Positions 8,806 to 18,693 of a DNA stretch of 64,000 bases are shown here, piece after piece. Every line of letters starts with the position of its first letter. Position 1 is the stretch's first letter. Under the pieces are notes generated by a model that made no database searches, was not told where the DNA came from, and saw nothing but the letters and a program-made list of their open reading frames with translations. This DNA is from Armatimonadota bacterium. Lineage in GTDB: Bacteria > Armatimonadota > UBA5829 > DTLH01. The stretch covers positions 121,954 through 185,953 of the forward strand of contig JBDKUN010000028.1 of NCBI GenBank assembly GCA_039679675.1, given 5' to 3'. Position numbers and translations under genes: made by a program.

Positions 8806-9720
8806 ACGACGTACGACACGATCATCATCGGCGGAGGCCCGGCGGGGCTGACAGCCGCAATATATTCCGCGCGCGCGCGGCTTAATACTCTCCTGGTGGA
8901 AAAAACATTTCCGGGCGGGCTTATGATGATCTCGGATTACATCGAGAACTATCCGGGATTCGCAAGCGGAGTGTCCGGCACTGACCTCTGCACCGCAATG
9001 CGTGACCAGGTTGGGAAATTCGGTGCGGTTGTGCAGCTTTCGGAGATCGCATCGGTCGATCTGACCGGGGCGGAGAAGCTCATCCGAACAGCTAAAGGGG
9101 AGCTTCGCGCAAAAACGGTTATTCTGGCGCTCGGTGCCAAGCCGCGAAGGCTCGGCGTGCCCGGGGAAAAAGAATTCCAGGGCCGCGGCGTCTCCTACTG
9201 CGCTACCTGTGACGGCCCGTTCTTCAAGGGCAAGAAGCTCGCGGTCATCGGCGGCGGCGATTCGGCTGTAGAAGACTCCTGTTACCTCACCAAGTTTGCC
9301 GATGACGTTACGATAATCCACAGGCGGAACAAGTTCCGCGCGGCCAAGATGCTCCAGGAGAGGGCACTCTCCAATCCGCGCATAAAAGTGATGTGGGACA
9401 GCATCGTCGAAGAGATACACGGCAGCCCTTCCGTAGACCGGCTTATGATCAAGGACCTGAAGACCAGTAAGCTCACGAACCTTAAAGTCGATGGCGTTTT
9501 CGTCCTCATCGGACAGGAACCGGACACAGTGTTCCTCAAAGGCCAGGTCGAATTGGACGAGTTCGGCTATATTCCGACCGACAGCGAGATGCGGACCAAT
9601 CTGCCGGGTGTATTTGCCGCCGGTGATGTCCGCAAGAAGTCGTTCCGGCAGATCGTTACGGCCTGTGCTGACGGGGCTATTGCTGCAAACTCGGCTGAGA
9701 AGTACATAGAAACCCTGTAA
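8806..9720 (+). CDS. trxB: Thioredoxin-disulfide reductase (start codon non-canonical or frameshifted)
   Basis: In-frame YDTIIIGGGPAGLTAAIY lies upstream of the called GTG at 8896; GRGVSYCATCDG, GGGDSA and GVFAAGD motifs. Confidence 0.93.
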   Translation, partial: TTYDTIIIGGGPAGLTAAIYSARARLNTLLVEKTFPGGLMMISDYIENYPGFASGVSGTDLCTAMRDQVGKFGAVVQLSEIASVDLTGAEKLIRTAKGELRAKTVILALGAKPRRLGVPGEKEFQGRGVSYCATCDGPFFKGKKLAVIGGGDSAVEDSCYLTKFADDVTIIHRRNKFRAAKMLQERALSNPRIKVMWDSIVEEIHGSPSVDRLMIKDLKTSKLTNLKVDGVFVLIGQEPDTVFLKGQVELDEFGYIPTDSEMRTNLPGVFAAGDVRKKSFRQIVTACADGAIAANSAEKYIETL

Positions 9721-9727
9721 TACCGAA

Positions 9728-9751
9728 CGGGCAGCGCCGTAAGGCTGCCCG
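9728..9751 (+). terminator. GC-rich hairpin after trxB
   Basis: CGGGCAGC...GCTGCCCG with a weak U tract. Confidence 0.4.
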
Positions 9752-9798
9752 CATCTTCTCTATTCCCACATTCCGTCCTCAGTGATAAACTATTTCTT

Positions 9799-10782
9799 AT
9801 GGACACCATCGACAGACAGCTTCTCAACTTGCTTCAGACGGAATTTCCGCTTGTACCTGAGCCGTTCAACGAGCTCGGAAAGAGGCTCAAGATCGGAGAA
9901 GGCGAAGTAATCCTGCGTGTGCAGTCGCTTAAGGATCAGGGGATTATCCGCCAGATAAGTGCGATCTTCGATTCGCACGCCCTCGGCTACAGCAGTTCAC
10001 TGGCCGCGTTTAGTGTCCCACGGGAGAGGGTAGAGCAAGTAGCGGAGATTGTAAACGCTCACCCCGGCGTCAGCCACAACTACGAACGGGACCACGCTTA
10101 CAATCTCTGGTTTACTATCACGGTCCCGCCGGGGACGGCCCCGGATGCGGAAGTGGACCGGCTGGCAGCCCAGGCAAATCCACTTGCTGTCAGGATGTTT
10201 CCGACGATAAGACTGTTCAAGATCGGGGTGGCTTTCGATATGGCCGGTGGAAAAGACGGAATCGATGCGGCAATCACTCAGTCCACTGCGGTTCGGCAGG
10301 AACCTGTCGAGCTAGATGAGCCGGATATTGCGGCTGTGCGCGCCCTCCAGCGGGACTTGCCGGTCGAGTCCAGGCCGTTCGCCTTACTTGCTGCACGTGC
10401 CGGGATGAAAGAAGATGAGCTTATCGCAAAAGCCAGGATGTTCCTCCAGCTCGGCGCCATGCGGCGGTATGCTGCTGTGCTCAAGCACCGTGAAGCCGGA
10501 TATTCATCCAATGCAATGGCGGTCTGGAATGTCCCGAAGAATATGATCGAGCATATCGGCCCCAAACTCGCACTGCACAAAGCCGTAAGCCACTGTTACG
10601 AGCGGCCCACTTACCCGGATTGGCCTTACTCAGTCTTCACGATGATCCATGGGAAGAGCATCGAAGACTGCGAAAATGCGGCGCGCGAACTTTCGAACAC
10701 CACAGGGATCACTGACTATGTGCTCCTGTACAGCGGCCGGGAGTTCAAGAAAACGAGGGTGCTGTATTATGAGCAAGCGTAA
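9799..10782 (+). CDS. Fused siroheme decarboxylase AhbA/AhbB (NirDL/GH-like, double Lrp/AsnC fold)
   Basis: Two repeats: LQTEFPLVPEPF...GVSHNYER...YNLWFT and LQRDLPVESRPF...VSHCYERP...WPYSVFTMIH. Confidence 0.88.
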   Translation: MDTIDRQLLNLLQTEFPLVPEPFNELGKRLKIGEGEVILRVQSLKDQGIIRQISAIFDSHALGYSSSLAAFSVPRERVEQVAEIVNAHPGVSHNYERDHAYNLWFTITVPPGTAPDAEVDRLAAQANPLAVRMFPTIRLFKIGVAFDMAGGKDGIDAAITQSTAVRQEPVELDEPDIAAVRALQRDLPVESRPFALLAARAGMKEDELIAKARMFLQLGAMRRYAAVLKHREAGYSSNAMAVWNVPKNMIEHIGPKLALHKAVSHCYERPTYPDWPYSVFTMIHGKSIEDCENAARELSNTTGITDYVLLYSGREFKKTRVLYYEQA

Positions 10783-12520
10783 GACCGGGATAGACTGGCA
10801 GGAATGGTCTCCGGAGGCGCTGGACCGGGCAGAGAAAAGGAACTGTCCTGTGCTTCTGGCAATTACCGCCACCTGGTGCCATTGGTGCCACGTGATGGAG
10901 AATACGACATTCGAGAGCGAGCAAGTCACGCAGATCATAAACAGCCGGTTTGTCCCGGTCCGAGCCGATAACGACCGCCGTCCCGACCTGAACGCCCGCT
11001 ACAATATGGGCGGATTGCCGACAATCGCGTTTCTCATGCCAAATGGCGATATTCTGACCGGTTCAACCTATGTGCCGCCGGGGCAGATGGCGGACATGCT
11101 CAACCGGGTAGCCGATGCCTACCGTGAAAAAGGCGCCGAGTTGGCCAAACGCGCGGAAGAGATACGAACACGCCGCGCGCAGGCCGGGCGCGAGATGGAA
11201 TCTACCGTTATACTGAACGAAAGCATCCCCAGAAACATTATGAAGGCCATCGAGGGGACGTTCGACCCTGTTTATGCGGGGTTCGGCGCACAGCAGAAGT
11301 TTCCGCACGTCCCGGCGCTGGAGTTCCTGCTGGCGAACTTCCGCCGTACGGGCAATCGCGAGCATCTGGAGATGGTCACCCGGACGTTGAACGCTATGCG
11401 GGAAAGCGGCGTGTACGATCAGGTCGAAGGAGGGTTCTTCCGCTATTCGACTACGCGGGACTGGAGCATCCCGCACTACGAAAAGATGCTCGAAGACAAC
11501 TCAGGACTGCTCGGCGTGTTCATCCAGACATTCGGCCTGACCGGGGAAAAGAGCTATATCAAGACCGCAAGGGCGATAATGGGTTATCTTGGAAAGACTC
11601 TCTTCGATAAACAGACCGGCGCGTTCTTCGGAAGCCAGAACGCGGACGAGGACTACTACCGGCTTCCGGCTGAAAACCGGGCAATAGCAGGTCCGCCGTC
11701 CGTTGACAGGACGATCCACATCAACTGGAACGCTCTGACGGTCGATGCTTATCTGAAGGCAAGTGAGACGACCGGCGTGCTGTCTTACCTGGGGCGGGCG
11801 CTCGGAACCCTTGGATTTCTTACCAACCACTGCCGCATGGACGGCGGGTTCTGCCATTATTTCGACGGTGAGCCGAAGGCTTTCGGGATGCTTACGGACC
11901 AGGTATGGACCGGAACGGCGCTCCTGCGGGCTTATGAGTGCACCGGAAACCGCAGGTTTATCGAGACCGCAAAAGATACTGCAGATTACATTCAGTCCCG
12001 GTTTGCCGACCCGAACGGAGGGTTCTTCGATGTCACGGAAGAGCGCCAAGAAGCTGAACAGCTGCCCTATAGGGAAAAACTGCTCGATGAGAACGCGCTG
12101 GCGGCTAGATTTCTGAACCGGCTGGCATATTATGCCCATGAATCGGCCTACAGGCGGAGCGCTGAGTCCACACTCCGCAGCATGGCGAGCGATTACGAGT
12201 CGTTCGGGATGCTTGCCGCGCCTTATGGGCTGGCCGTGATGGAACTGCTTGAGGAACCTGTGAGAATCGCCGTTGTGGGATCGCGTGAAGACCCACGGAC
12301 GGAGGAACTTCTGACATCAACGCTCAAAGCGAAGGACCCTTCGACTCTGGTGCGGGTGCTTGACGAAGATTCCTCCCCGGAGGAGTTCAAGGACTTCGGC
12401 GCAGAACCTTCCGAAGAGCCGCGCGCGTCCATCTGCATAGGGGACACCTGCCATACAACAAGCTCCGACCCACTGGAGGTCGAAGCCGCCATCCGAGAAG
12501 TCGAGCAGCGAATCTATTAA
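10769..12520 (+). CDS. DUF255 thioredoxin-domain protein (YyaL/SSP411 family)
   Basis: IDWQEWSPEAL, WCHWCHVME, RPDL, YDQVEGGFFRYS, IPHYEKML; ATG at 10769 overlaps the upstream stop. Confidence 0.9.
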   Translation: MSKRKTGIDWQEWSPEALDRAEKRNCPVLLAITATWCHWCHVMENTTFESEQVTQIINSRFVPVRADNDRRPDLNARYNMGGLPTIAFLMPNGDILTGSTYVPPGQMADMLNRVADAYREKGAELAKRAEEIRTRRAQAGREMESTVILNESIPRNIMKAIEGTFDPVYAGFGAQQKFPHVPALEFLLANFRRTGNREHLEMVTRTLNAMRESGVYDQVEGGFFRYSTTRDWSIPHYEKMLEDNSGLLGVFIQTFGLTGEKSYIKTARAIMGYLGKTLFDKQTGAFFGSQNADEDYYRLPAENRAIAGPPSVDRTIHINWNALTVDAYLKASETTGVLSYLGRALGTLGFLTNHCRMDGGFCHYFDGEPKAFGMLTDQVWTGTALLRAYECTGNRRFIETAKDTADYIQSRFADPNGGFFDVTEERQEAEQLPYREKLLDENALAARFLNRLAYYAHESAYRRSAESTLRSMASDYESFGMLAAPYGLAVMELLEEPVRIAVVGSREDPRTEELLTSTLKAKDPSTLVRVLDEDSSPEEFKDFGAEPSEEPRASICIGDTCHTTSSDPLEVEAAIREVEQRIY

Positions 12521-12586
12521 TTGCAATCTTCAAAATGTGGTATAATGCCAAAGGATTTACATTACTTAATCAAAAGGAGGCGCAAC

Positions 12587-12655
12587 ATGGTCACTGTAGC
12601 AATCATATCTGAAATATCGGGATCAGCGGCGCGCATCGGAGCTGCCAGCAGATAA
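12587..12655 (+). CDS. Putative 22-aa leader peptide MVTVAIISEISGSAARIGAASR
   Basis: AAAAGGAGG RBS 6 nt before ATG; extended -10 TGgTATAAT at 12538-12546. Confidence 0.6.
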   Translation: MVTVAIISEISGSAARIGAASR

Positions 12656-12780
12656 GTCAGCCACACCTGATTTCCACTAAAAACACCCGGCTGTACATCT
12701 TCGCACCCTCCGACGCGCGTGAGCGCTGATACCACATCTGTTATCAATCAAATTCAGATATGGTTTTGGAGGAACCTGCG

Positions 12781-13848
12781 TTGAAACTGGAACAACTGGG
12801 ATTCGATTCACACTTTGCCGGTCATTTTGCGCCTTACGAGACTCAAAAGCTCTCCGCCGGTAGAGTATCCCTTGAACATAAAAACTCTTACATAATCTAT
12901 ACCGAATGCGGCGAGATGCCCGCTACCGTAAGCGGCAGGATGCACTATGACGCGCTCGATCAACTGGGCTACCCCGTAGTAGGCGATTGGGTAGTGGCTA
13001 ATATTCTGGATGAGGAGCCCCAGAGGGCCATCATCCACGCTATCTTGCCCCGGAAAAGCAAATTCTCGCGCAAAGAAGCGGGCAAGAGGACTATTGAGCA
13101 GCCGATAGCAGCGAATATCGACACGGTGTTCATAGTCGTCGGGCTCGATCACAACTTCAGAGTGAGAAGAATTGAGCGCTACCTGACGCTTGCCTGGGAA
13201 AGCGGGGCAAACCCGGCCGTTATCCTGACCAAATCCGATCTTTCAGATGCGGTCGAAGACCGGCTGAGAGAAGTTCAGGCATCAGCGCCGGGAGTCCCTG
13301 TCCATGCGATAAGCGTGCTCGAAGAAAAAGGACTCAATCAACTGTCGGACTATCTGACGGAAGGGAAAACGATTGCACTTCTCGGTTCATCCGGTGTCGG
13401 GAAGTCCACCATAGTCAATTATCTGATCGGAAAGGACGTGCAGAGCGTTCAGGAAGTGCGGGAAGAAGACAGCAGAGGACGGCATACCACGACGCGCCGC
13501 CAGATGTTCGTTCTACCGTCCGGCGGGCTGGTGATAGATACTCCCGGAATGCGCGAACTGCAACTGTGGGATGCGGATGAAGGCCTTTCTGGTGTTTTCG
13601 AGGACATAGAGAACCTTGCGCGAGAATGTCGGTTCACTGACTGCAGCCACGAGAACGAACCCGGATGTAAAGTGCGGCAGGCGCTCGAAAGCGGCGAGCT
13701 TGACCCCGCCAGGTTCGAAAACTACAGGAAAATGCTTAAGGAACTCAATTATCTCGAAAAACGGCAGGATGTCGCAGCCGCGCTCATAGAGAGGGAAAAG
13801 TGGAAGAAGATCCATAAGCAGGCACGAGGGCTGAATAAGGGGAAATAG
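12781..13848 (+). CDS. rsgA: Ribosome small subunit-dependent GTPase A (long form)
   Basis: VVGDWV, AANID, LTKSDL, GSSGVGKST, GRHTTT, IDTPGMRE, CRFTDCSHENEPGC. GGAGG SD favours TTG at 12781; ATG at 12760 is the alternative. Confidence 0.93.
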   Translation: MKLEQLGFDSHFAGHFAPYETQKLSAGRVSLEHKNSYIIYTECGEMPATVSGRMHYDALDQLGYPVVGDWVVANILDEEPQRAIIHAILPRKSKFSRKEAGKRTIEQPIAANIDTVFIVVGLDHNFRVRRIERYLTLAWESGANPAVILTKSDLSDAVEDRLREVQASAPGVPVHAISVLEEKGLNQLSDYLTEGKTIALLGSSGVGKSTIVNYLIGKDVQSVQEVREEDSRGRHTTTRRQMFVLPSGGLVIDTPGMRELQLWDADEGLSGVFEDIENLARECRFTDCSHENEPGCKVRQALESGELDPARFENYRKMLKELNYLEKRQDVAAALIEREKWKKIHKQARGLNKGK

Positions 13849-13856
13849 CTACCTGT

Positions 13857-14190
13857 TCTTTGAATCGCGAATTACGCGAAGAAGCCCGAAAGACGCGAAA
13901 GGTGGAAATCTATTAATTGGGAAATGCTTCGGCGCACTTTTTGCGCCGAAGCCAAACTTTCGGATTGGCGGGTATTCGATGTTGCAATCCAGCGCCGGTT
14001 TTTGCGGGTTTATAGCCCGCTGCACTGTCTTTCGTATGTAAAATATAGTGGAAAGATAGCAGGGGCATGGATGCCCTGGAGAATGGGGACCGGGGCATGA
14101 TCCCCCGGTCCATCAGCCTTTCCCCAATTTCGTGTTTTCTCCCTTTCGTGCTTTTGTGATAGAGAAAGCTGATGGCTGACTGCTGATAGC
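13857..14190. repeat. Composite palindromic repeat region after rsgA
   Basis: TTTGAATCGCGAATTACGCGAA end motif, GCTTCGGCGCA...TGCGCCGAAGC hairpin, AGGGGCATGGATGCCC shared with 21591, GGACCGGGG...CCCCGGTCC hairpin, GCTGA(T/C) short repeats. Confidence 0.7.
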
Positions 14191-14196
14191 TACTTT

Positions 14197-14210
14197 CGAA
14201 CATTAGTTCG
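14197..14210. promoter_or_regulatory. LexA (SOS/Cheo) box
   Basis: CGAAC-ATTA-GTTCG, about 85 bp upstream of uvrA. Confidence 0.8.
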
Positions 14211-14293
14211 CAATTTTCCTTGTGTGTGGGTCAGCGTAATGGTAAAATATCCTGGTACGCTTAGATGTAAACGAGTTCAGAAAGCAGCAAAAA

Positions 14294-17200
14294 ATGACGC
14301 AAGACAAGATCATCGTGCACGGCGCGAGGCAGCACAACCTCAAGAACATAAATGTAGAAATCCCCAGAGACAAATTGGTAGTCATAACCGGGCTTTCCGG
14401 CTCCGGCAAGTCGTCGCTCGCCTTCGATACGATATATGCGGAGGGTCAGCGGAGGTATGTGGAGTCGCTGTCGTCCTACGCCCGCCAGTTCCTCGGCCAA
14501 ATGGACAAACCGGACGTTGATGAGATCATAGGGCTTTCTCCGGCAGTCTCAATCGACCAGAAATCGACTACGCGGAACCCGCGCTCGACTGTAGGGACGG
14601 TCACGGAGATTTACGACTACCTGAGGCTCATGTTTTCGCGCATCGGGCATCCTCACTGCCCGCAGTGCGGCAGGGAAATTTCTCAGCAGACCGTGGAGCA
14701 GATCGTAGACCAGATAATGGCGCTCCCGGAGGGCTCGAAGATCCAAATTCTTGCCCCAGTAGTGCGCGGACGGAAGGGCGAATACCGGCAGGTAATCGAA
14801 GATGTCCGCAGGCAGGGCTACGTCCGCGTGCGTGTGGACGGACAAATCTATGAGGTCACCGACGACATAGAGATGGACCGCTACAAAAAACATACCATAG
14901 AGATTGTGGTCGACCGGCTTGTGGTCAAGGCTGAGATCGAAAAAAGGCTCTCAGATTCGCTTGAGACAGCGCTGAAACTTGCGAACGGCAACGTCGGAAT
15001 AGATGTTATGGGGAGCGAAGAGCTTTTCTTCTCCGAAAACTTCGCCTGCACCGAGTGCGGCATCAGCCTGGATGAACTTGCGCCGCGCAATTTCAGTTTT
15101 AACACGCCTTACGGCGCCTGCCCGGACTGTCAGGGGCTGGGGACCCATACAAAGCTCGACCCGGACCTGATCATTCCTGACAAAAGCAAGTCTATCGATG
15201 ATGGGGCTATCATCCCGCTCGCAAGGACTACGAGCGAGTATTACATCTCACTTATAGAAGGCGTGGCAAAGATTTATGGGTTCGAGACTTCGACCCCGAT
15301 CAAGAATTTGACCAAAAAACAAGTCGATATGCTTCTGCATGGCGCCGATAGACGCGTTCCTGTGACGTTCAATAACCGCTATGGCAGGATGAGGCAGTTC
15401 GATGCGAACTTCGACGGCATCATCCCGTGGCTGGAGCGGCGCTACAAAGAGACCTCCAGCGAGATGATCAAGGAAGAGATCGAGCGGTATATGTCGGCTA
15501 CTCCCTGTGAGTCGTGCAAAGGGCTCAGGCTGAAACCGGAAAGCCTCGCGGTGAAAATCGGCGGGATAAACATTAGCCAGGTAGCCGCAAAGTCTGTTTC
15601 ATCGGCGCTTGGATGGTTCGAAAACCTCAAATTGACACCGAGAGAGCAGACGATTGCTCACCGGATTGTCAAAGAGATCAAAGTCCGGCTGGGGTTCCTC
15701 AAGAACGTCGGGCTGGAGTATCTGACGCTCGACCGCGCGGCGGCAACCCTTGCGGGCGGTGAAGCTCAGAGGATCAGGCTGGCGTCGCAGATAGGCTCAG
15801 GGCTGACAGGCGTCCTTTACATACTGGATGAGCCGTCTATCGGGCTTCACCAGCGGGACAACACCAAGCTTATAGAGACATTACTGAAGCTGCGCGACCT
15901 GGGGAACACGATCATAGTCGTAGAGCACGATGAGGAGACGATGTATGCCGCCGACCACATCATCGACATAGGCCCGGGCGCAGGAGAACATGGCGGGTAC
16001 GTCATTGCAGAGGGCAATGTCGAAGAGATCAAGGCAAATCCGGCTTCGATCACAGGGAAATACCTCTCCGGCGAGCTTACGATACCTGTGCCCAAGGAAC
16101 GGAGGAAGCCGAACGGGTCGTCTCTCAAGCTGAAAGGCGCGAGGGAGCACAACCTGAAGAATATAGACGTGGAAATCCCGCTCGGTTCGTTCGTATGCGT
16201 GACGGGAGTCTCCGGGTCGGGCAAGAGCACCCTCATCCAGGAGACTCTTTTTCCCCGGCTTATGTACGCGCTCCACGGAACCCACCGCGCCTGGGGAGAC
16301 CACGATGAGATTACAGGACTGGACGGTATCGACAGGGTTATCGACATAGACCAGTCGCCGATCGGCAGGACACCGAGGTCGAACCCGGCGACATATACGG
16401 GCACATTCGACCTGATCCGCGACCTCTTCTCCAAGACGCAGGATGCGAGGATGCGGGGTTACATGCCGGGAAGGTTCAGCTTCAACGTCAAGGGCGGACG
16501 CTGCGAGGCGTGTAAGGGAGACGGCATCATCAAGATAGAAATGCACTTCCTGCCGGATGTTTATGTGCCGTGCGAGGTCTGCAAAGGCAAGCGCTACAAC
16601 CGTGAAACACTTGATGTCAAATATAAGGGCAAGTCTATATCCGACGTGCTCAACATGACGGTGGCGCAGGCGCTTGAGTTCTTCAAGCACATTCCGCCGA
16701 TCACCCGGAAGCTGCAGACGATTCACGATGTTGGGTTGGACTACATCAGGCTGGGACAGCCTGCGACGACACTTTCCGGAGGTGAAGCACAGCGTGTGAA
16801 GCTAGCAACAGAACTTGCGAAGCGGAGCACAGGCCGGACTATGTATATACTCGATGAGCCGACCACGGGGCTGCATTTCGACGATATAAAGAAGCTCCTG
16901 GAAGTGCTCGAACGGCTGGTGGACGCAGGAAACACAGTGCTCGTGATAGAACACAACCTGGATGTCATCAAGACGGCGGACTACATCATCGACTTGGGGC
17001 CGGAAGGCGGAGACCGGGGAGGAGAGATAGTCGCAACCGGGACACCGGAAGATATTGCCCGTGTGGAAGCATCCTACACGGGACGCTACTTGAAGAGGAT
17101 ACTCGGTAATCAGCCGGAAAAACCGTCAAAAAACGGGAAAAAGAAGGGCGCTAAAGCCGTAAAGGAGCAATCTGAATCGGCATCGGAGGCATCTCTATGA
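14294..17200 (+). CDS. uvrA: Excinuclease ABC subunit A
   Basis: [24 protein letters not shown], zinc fingers, two ABC cassettes, LDEPTTGLH. Confidence 0.99.
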   Translation: MTQDKIIVHGARQHNLKNINVEIPRDKLVVITGLSGSGKSSLAFDTIYAEGQRRYVESLSSYARQFLGQMDKPDVDEIIGLSPAVSIDQKSTTRNPRSTVGTVTEIYDYLRLMFSRIGHPHCPQCGREISQQTVEQIVDQIMALPEGSKIQILAPVVRGRKGEYRQVIEDVRRQGYVRVRVDGQIYEVTDDIEMDRYKKHTIEIVVDRLVVKAEIEKRLSDSLETALKLANGNVGIDVMGSEELFFSENFACTECGISLDELAPRNFSFNTPYGACPDCQGLGTHTKLDPDLIIPDKSKSIDDGAIIPLARTTSEYYISLIEGVAKIYGFETSTPIKNLTKKQVDMLLHGADRRVPVTFNNRYGRMRQFDANFDGIIPWLERRYKETSSEMIKEEIERYMSATPCESCKGLRLKPESLAVKIGGINISQVAAKSVSSALGWFENLKLTPREQTIAHRIVKEIKVRLGFLKNVGLEYLTLDRAAATLAGGEAQRIRLASQIGSGLTGVLYILDEPSIGLHQRDNTKLIETLLKLRDLGNTIIVVEHDEETMYAADHIIDIGPGAGEHGGYVIAEGNVEEIKANPASITGKYLSGELTIPVPKERRKPNGSSLKLKGAREHNLKNIDVEIPLGSFVCVTGVSGSGKSTLIQETLFPRLMYALHGTHRAWGDHDEITGLDGIDRVIDIDQSPIGRTPRSNPATYTGTFDLIRDLFSKTQDARMRGYMPGRFSFNVKGGRCEACKGDGIIKIEMHFLPDVYVPCEVCKGKRYNRETLDVKYKGKSISDVLNMTVAQALEFFKHIPPITRKLQTIHDVGLDYIRLGQPATTLSGGEAQRVKLATELAKRSTGRTMYILDEPTTGLHFDDIKKLLEVLERLVDAGNTVLVIEHNLDVIKTADYIIDLGPEGGDRGGEIVATGTPEDIARVEASYTGRYLKRILGNQPEKPSKNGKKKGAKAVKEQSESASEASL

Positions 17201-17646
17201 AATTCCTTTCTAAAATGTTCGAGAATAAGGACGACGAGCCGGAAAAGCCGCACAGGTGGGAGCTTACGCCGTTTGAGGCCAGGCACAGGGCGAACCTGAT
17301 AGTAAAATCCGCCGCAGCGCTCGATGTGGAACTGGACTACTCGCCGGAAAGCCTGAAATCAGTCGATTTGCTGATCGACAAGGAGCGTGAAACAGGCATA
17401 GGACTCACTCCTGAGATGGCGCACGAGATGGTGTCCCTCGGAGCGTACGTGGGCGAGGTAATGATCAGGCATTTAAACGGCAAATGGGCTTATGGCACCA
17501 TGCCGCAGAAACATGACCCGCTGGTGATGATCATAAACGGCAGATACGTGATAAACGTGGTGAGCGTGGCCTTCAAACGGTTTATGGCAGGAGAGCCAAA
17601 CAGCGTAGCTACGATGTTCGAGGAGACGAAGAAACTGACCGAGTAG
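17197..17646 (+). CDS. Hypothetical protein (DUF3806-like LDYSPESL...LGAYVGEV motif)
   Basis: ATGA overlap with uvrA stop; motif resemblance only. Confidence 0.7.
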   Translation: MKFLSKMFENKDDEPEKPHRWELTPFEARHRANLIVKSAAALDVELDYSPESLKSVDLLIDKERETGIGLTPEMAHEMVSLGAYVGEVMIRHLNGKWAYGTMPQKHDPLVMIINGRYVINVVSVAFKRFMAGEPNSVATMFEETKKLTE

Positions 17647-17647
17647 G

Positions 17648-17701
17648 TTTCTGAACCGCGAATTACGCAAATAGGGATTAGTTGATGTTGCGATTCAGAA
17701 A
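17648..17701. repeat. 54-bp mini element bounded by inverted repeats of the dispersed family
   Basis: TTTCTGAACCGCGA ... TTGCGATTCAGAAA, immediately after a stop codon. Confidence 0.65.
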
Positions 17702-17729
17702 TGAAAGCATATCTCAACCATAAGGAGTT

Positions 17730-17999
17730 ATGATGCAGGGAAAAATCATAACATTTGTGTTGATGAACATTGGATTTGCTTATTATCTCTTTACCTGGCA
17801 CCGCTTGATTTGGGGAAGGTGGCCTGAGCGAAATCTCGAGAAGAAGATCCAAAATGCTGAGATTTCTGCCAATATGCGAAAAAATTACATTGATCTTTAT
17901 AGATCTCTCGCCTGGGGACTCTTTGCCTTTGTAGTTGTGCTGTATCCAACTGTCACAATAATGCTGTTTTTCCCAAGTGTTCTGGGCTTTGGCAAATAG
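17730..17999 (+). CDS. Small two-TM hypothetical protein
   Basis: TAAGGAG RBS, AT-rich, two hydrophobic stretches. Confidence 0.65.
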   Translation: MMQGKIITFVLMNIGFAYYLFTWHRLIWGRWPERNLEKKIQNAEISANMRKNYIDLYRSLAWGLFAFVVVLYPTVTIMLFFPSVLGFGK

Positions 18000-18008
18000 A
18001 CACCAAAA

Positions 18009-18626
18009 ATGTAGTGGCCGGTCTCTGTGCCGGCCATCGGCTCCGCAGGAGCCGCGCAACCTTTCGACATGGTACATTCTATGGACAAAGAAAGATGCTT
18101 TACTCGCAGTCGAATGAGGCTGGAGGATGTCAGCTACTCTGACCCGGCTATGGTGTACTTTGCCACGCTGTGTACGAATAACAAGGAAAAGGTATTTCTC
18201 AATAAAACCTTTGCCAAGCTTGTAGTTGATTCCTTAATGTGGAGTAGAGATCATAGCTGGTTTCGTATCTATGCTTATTGCTTGATGCCAAATCATCTCC
18301 ACCTTGCTCTTTCGCCTGTTGATGATAAGCATTCTTTGTCTGAGTCTATAGGCAAGTTTAAAAGTTATACAACATCAGAAAGTTGGAAGCTTGGATTTGA
18401 AGGCCAGTTGTGGCAGCGTAGTTGGTATGACCACATAGCCAGGCGTGATGAAGATGTGCTCTCGATCTGCCGGTATATTCTTGAAAATCCAGTAAGGGCA
18501 ACGCTGGTCGAATCATGCGATAAATGGCCGTATAGTGGGATGCCGGATGTGTTAGTGTTATAAAAATCGAGAAATATGTCCAGCACCTTCGGTGCTGATG
18601 GCCGGCACGGAGACCGGCCACTACAT
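18009..18626. mobile_element. REP-flanked RAYT element
   Basis: 30-nt inverted repeats ATGTAGTGGCCGGTCTC(T/C)GTGCCGGCCATC at 18009-18038 and 18626-18597 (29/30 identical) around a Y1 transposase. Confidence 0.88.
18081..18563 (+). CDS. REP-associated tyrosine (Y1/HUH) transposase
   Basis: RMRL...Y...YFATLCT, YCLMPNHLHL (HUH), FKSYT, LWQRSWYDH, YILENP. Confidence 0.9.
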   Translation: MDKERCFTRSRMRLEDVSYSDPAMVYFATLCTNNKEKVFLNKTFAKLVVDSLMWSRDHSWFRIYAYCLMPNHLHLALSPVDDKHSLSESIGKFKSYTTSESWKLGFEGQLWQRSWYDHIARRDEDVLSICRYILENPVRATLVESCDKWPYSGMPDVLVL

Positions 18627-18693
18627 CTACATCAATATTTGATAAAGATGCGAAAAAGACATAACCACGGAATCTAGGGGAGGATGTGAATCT

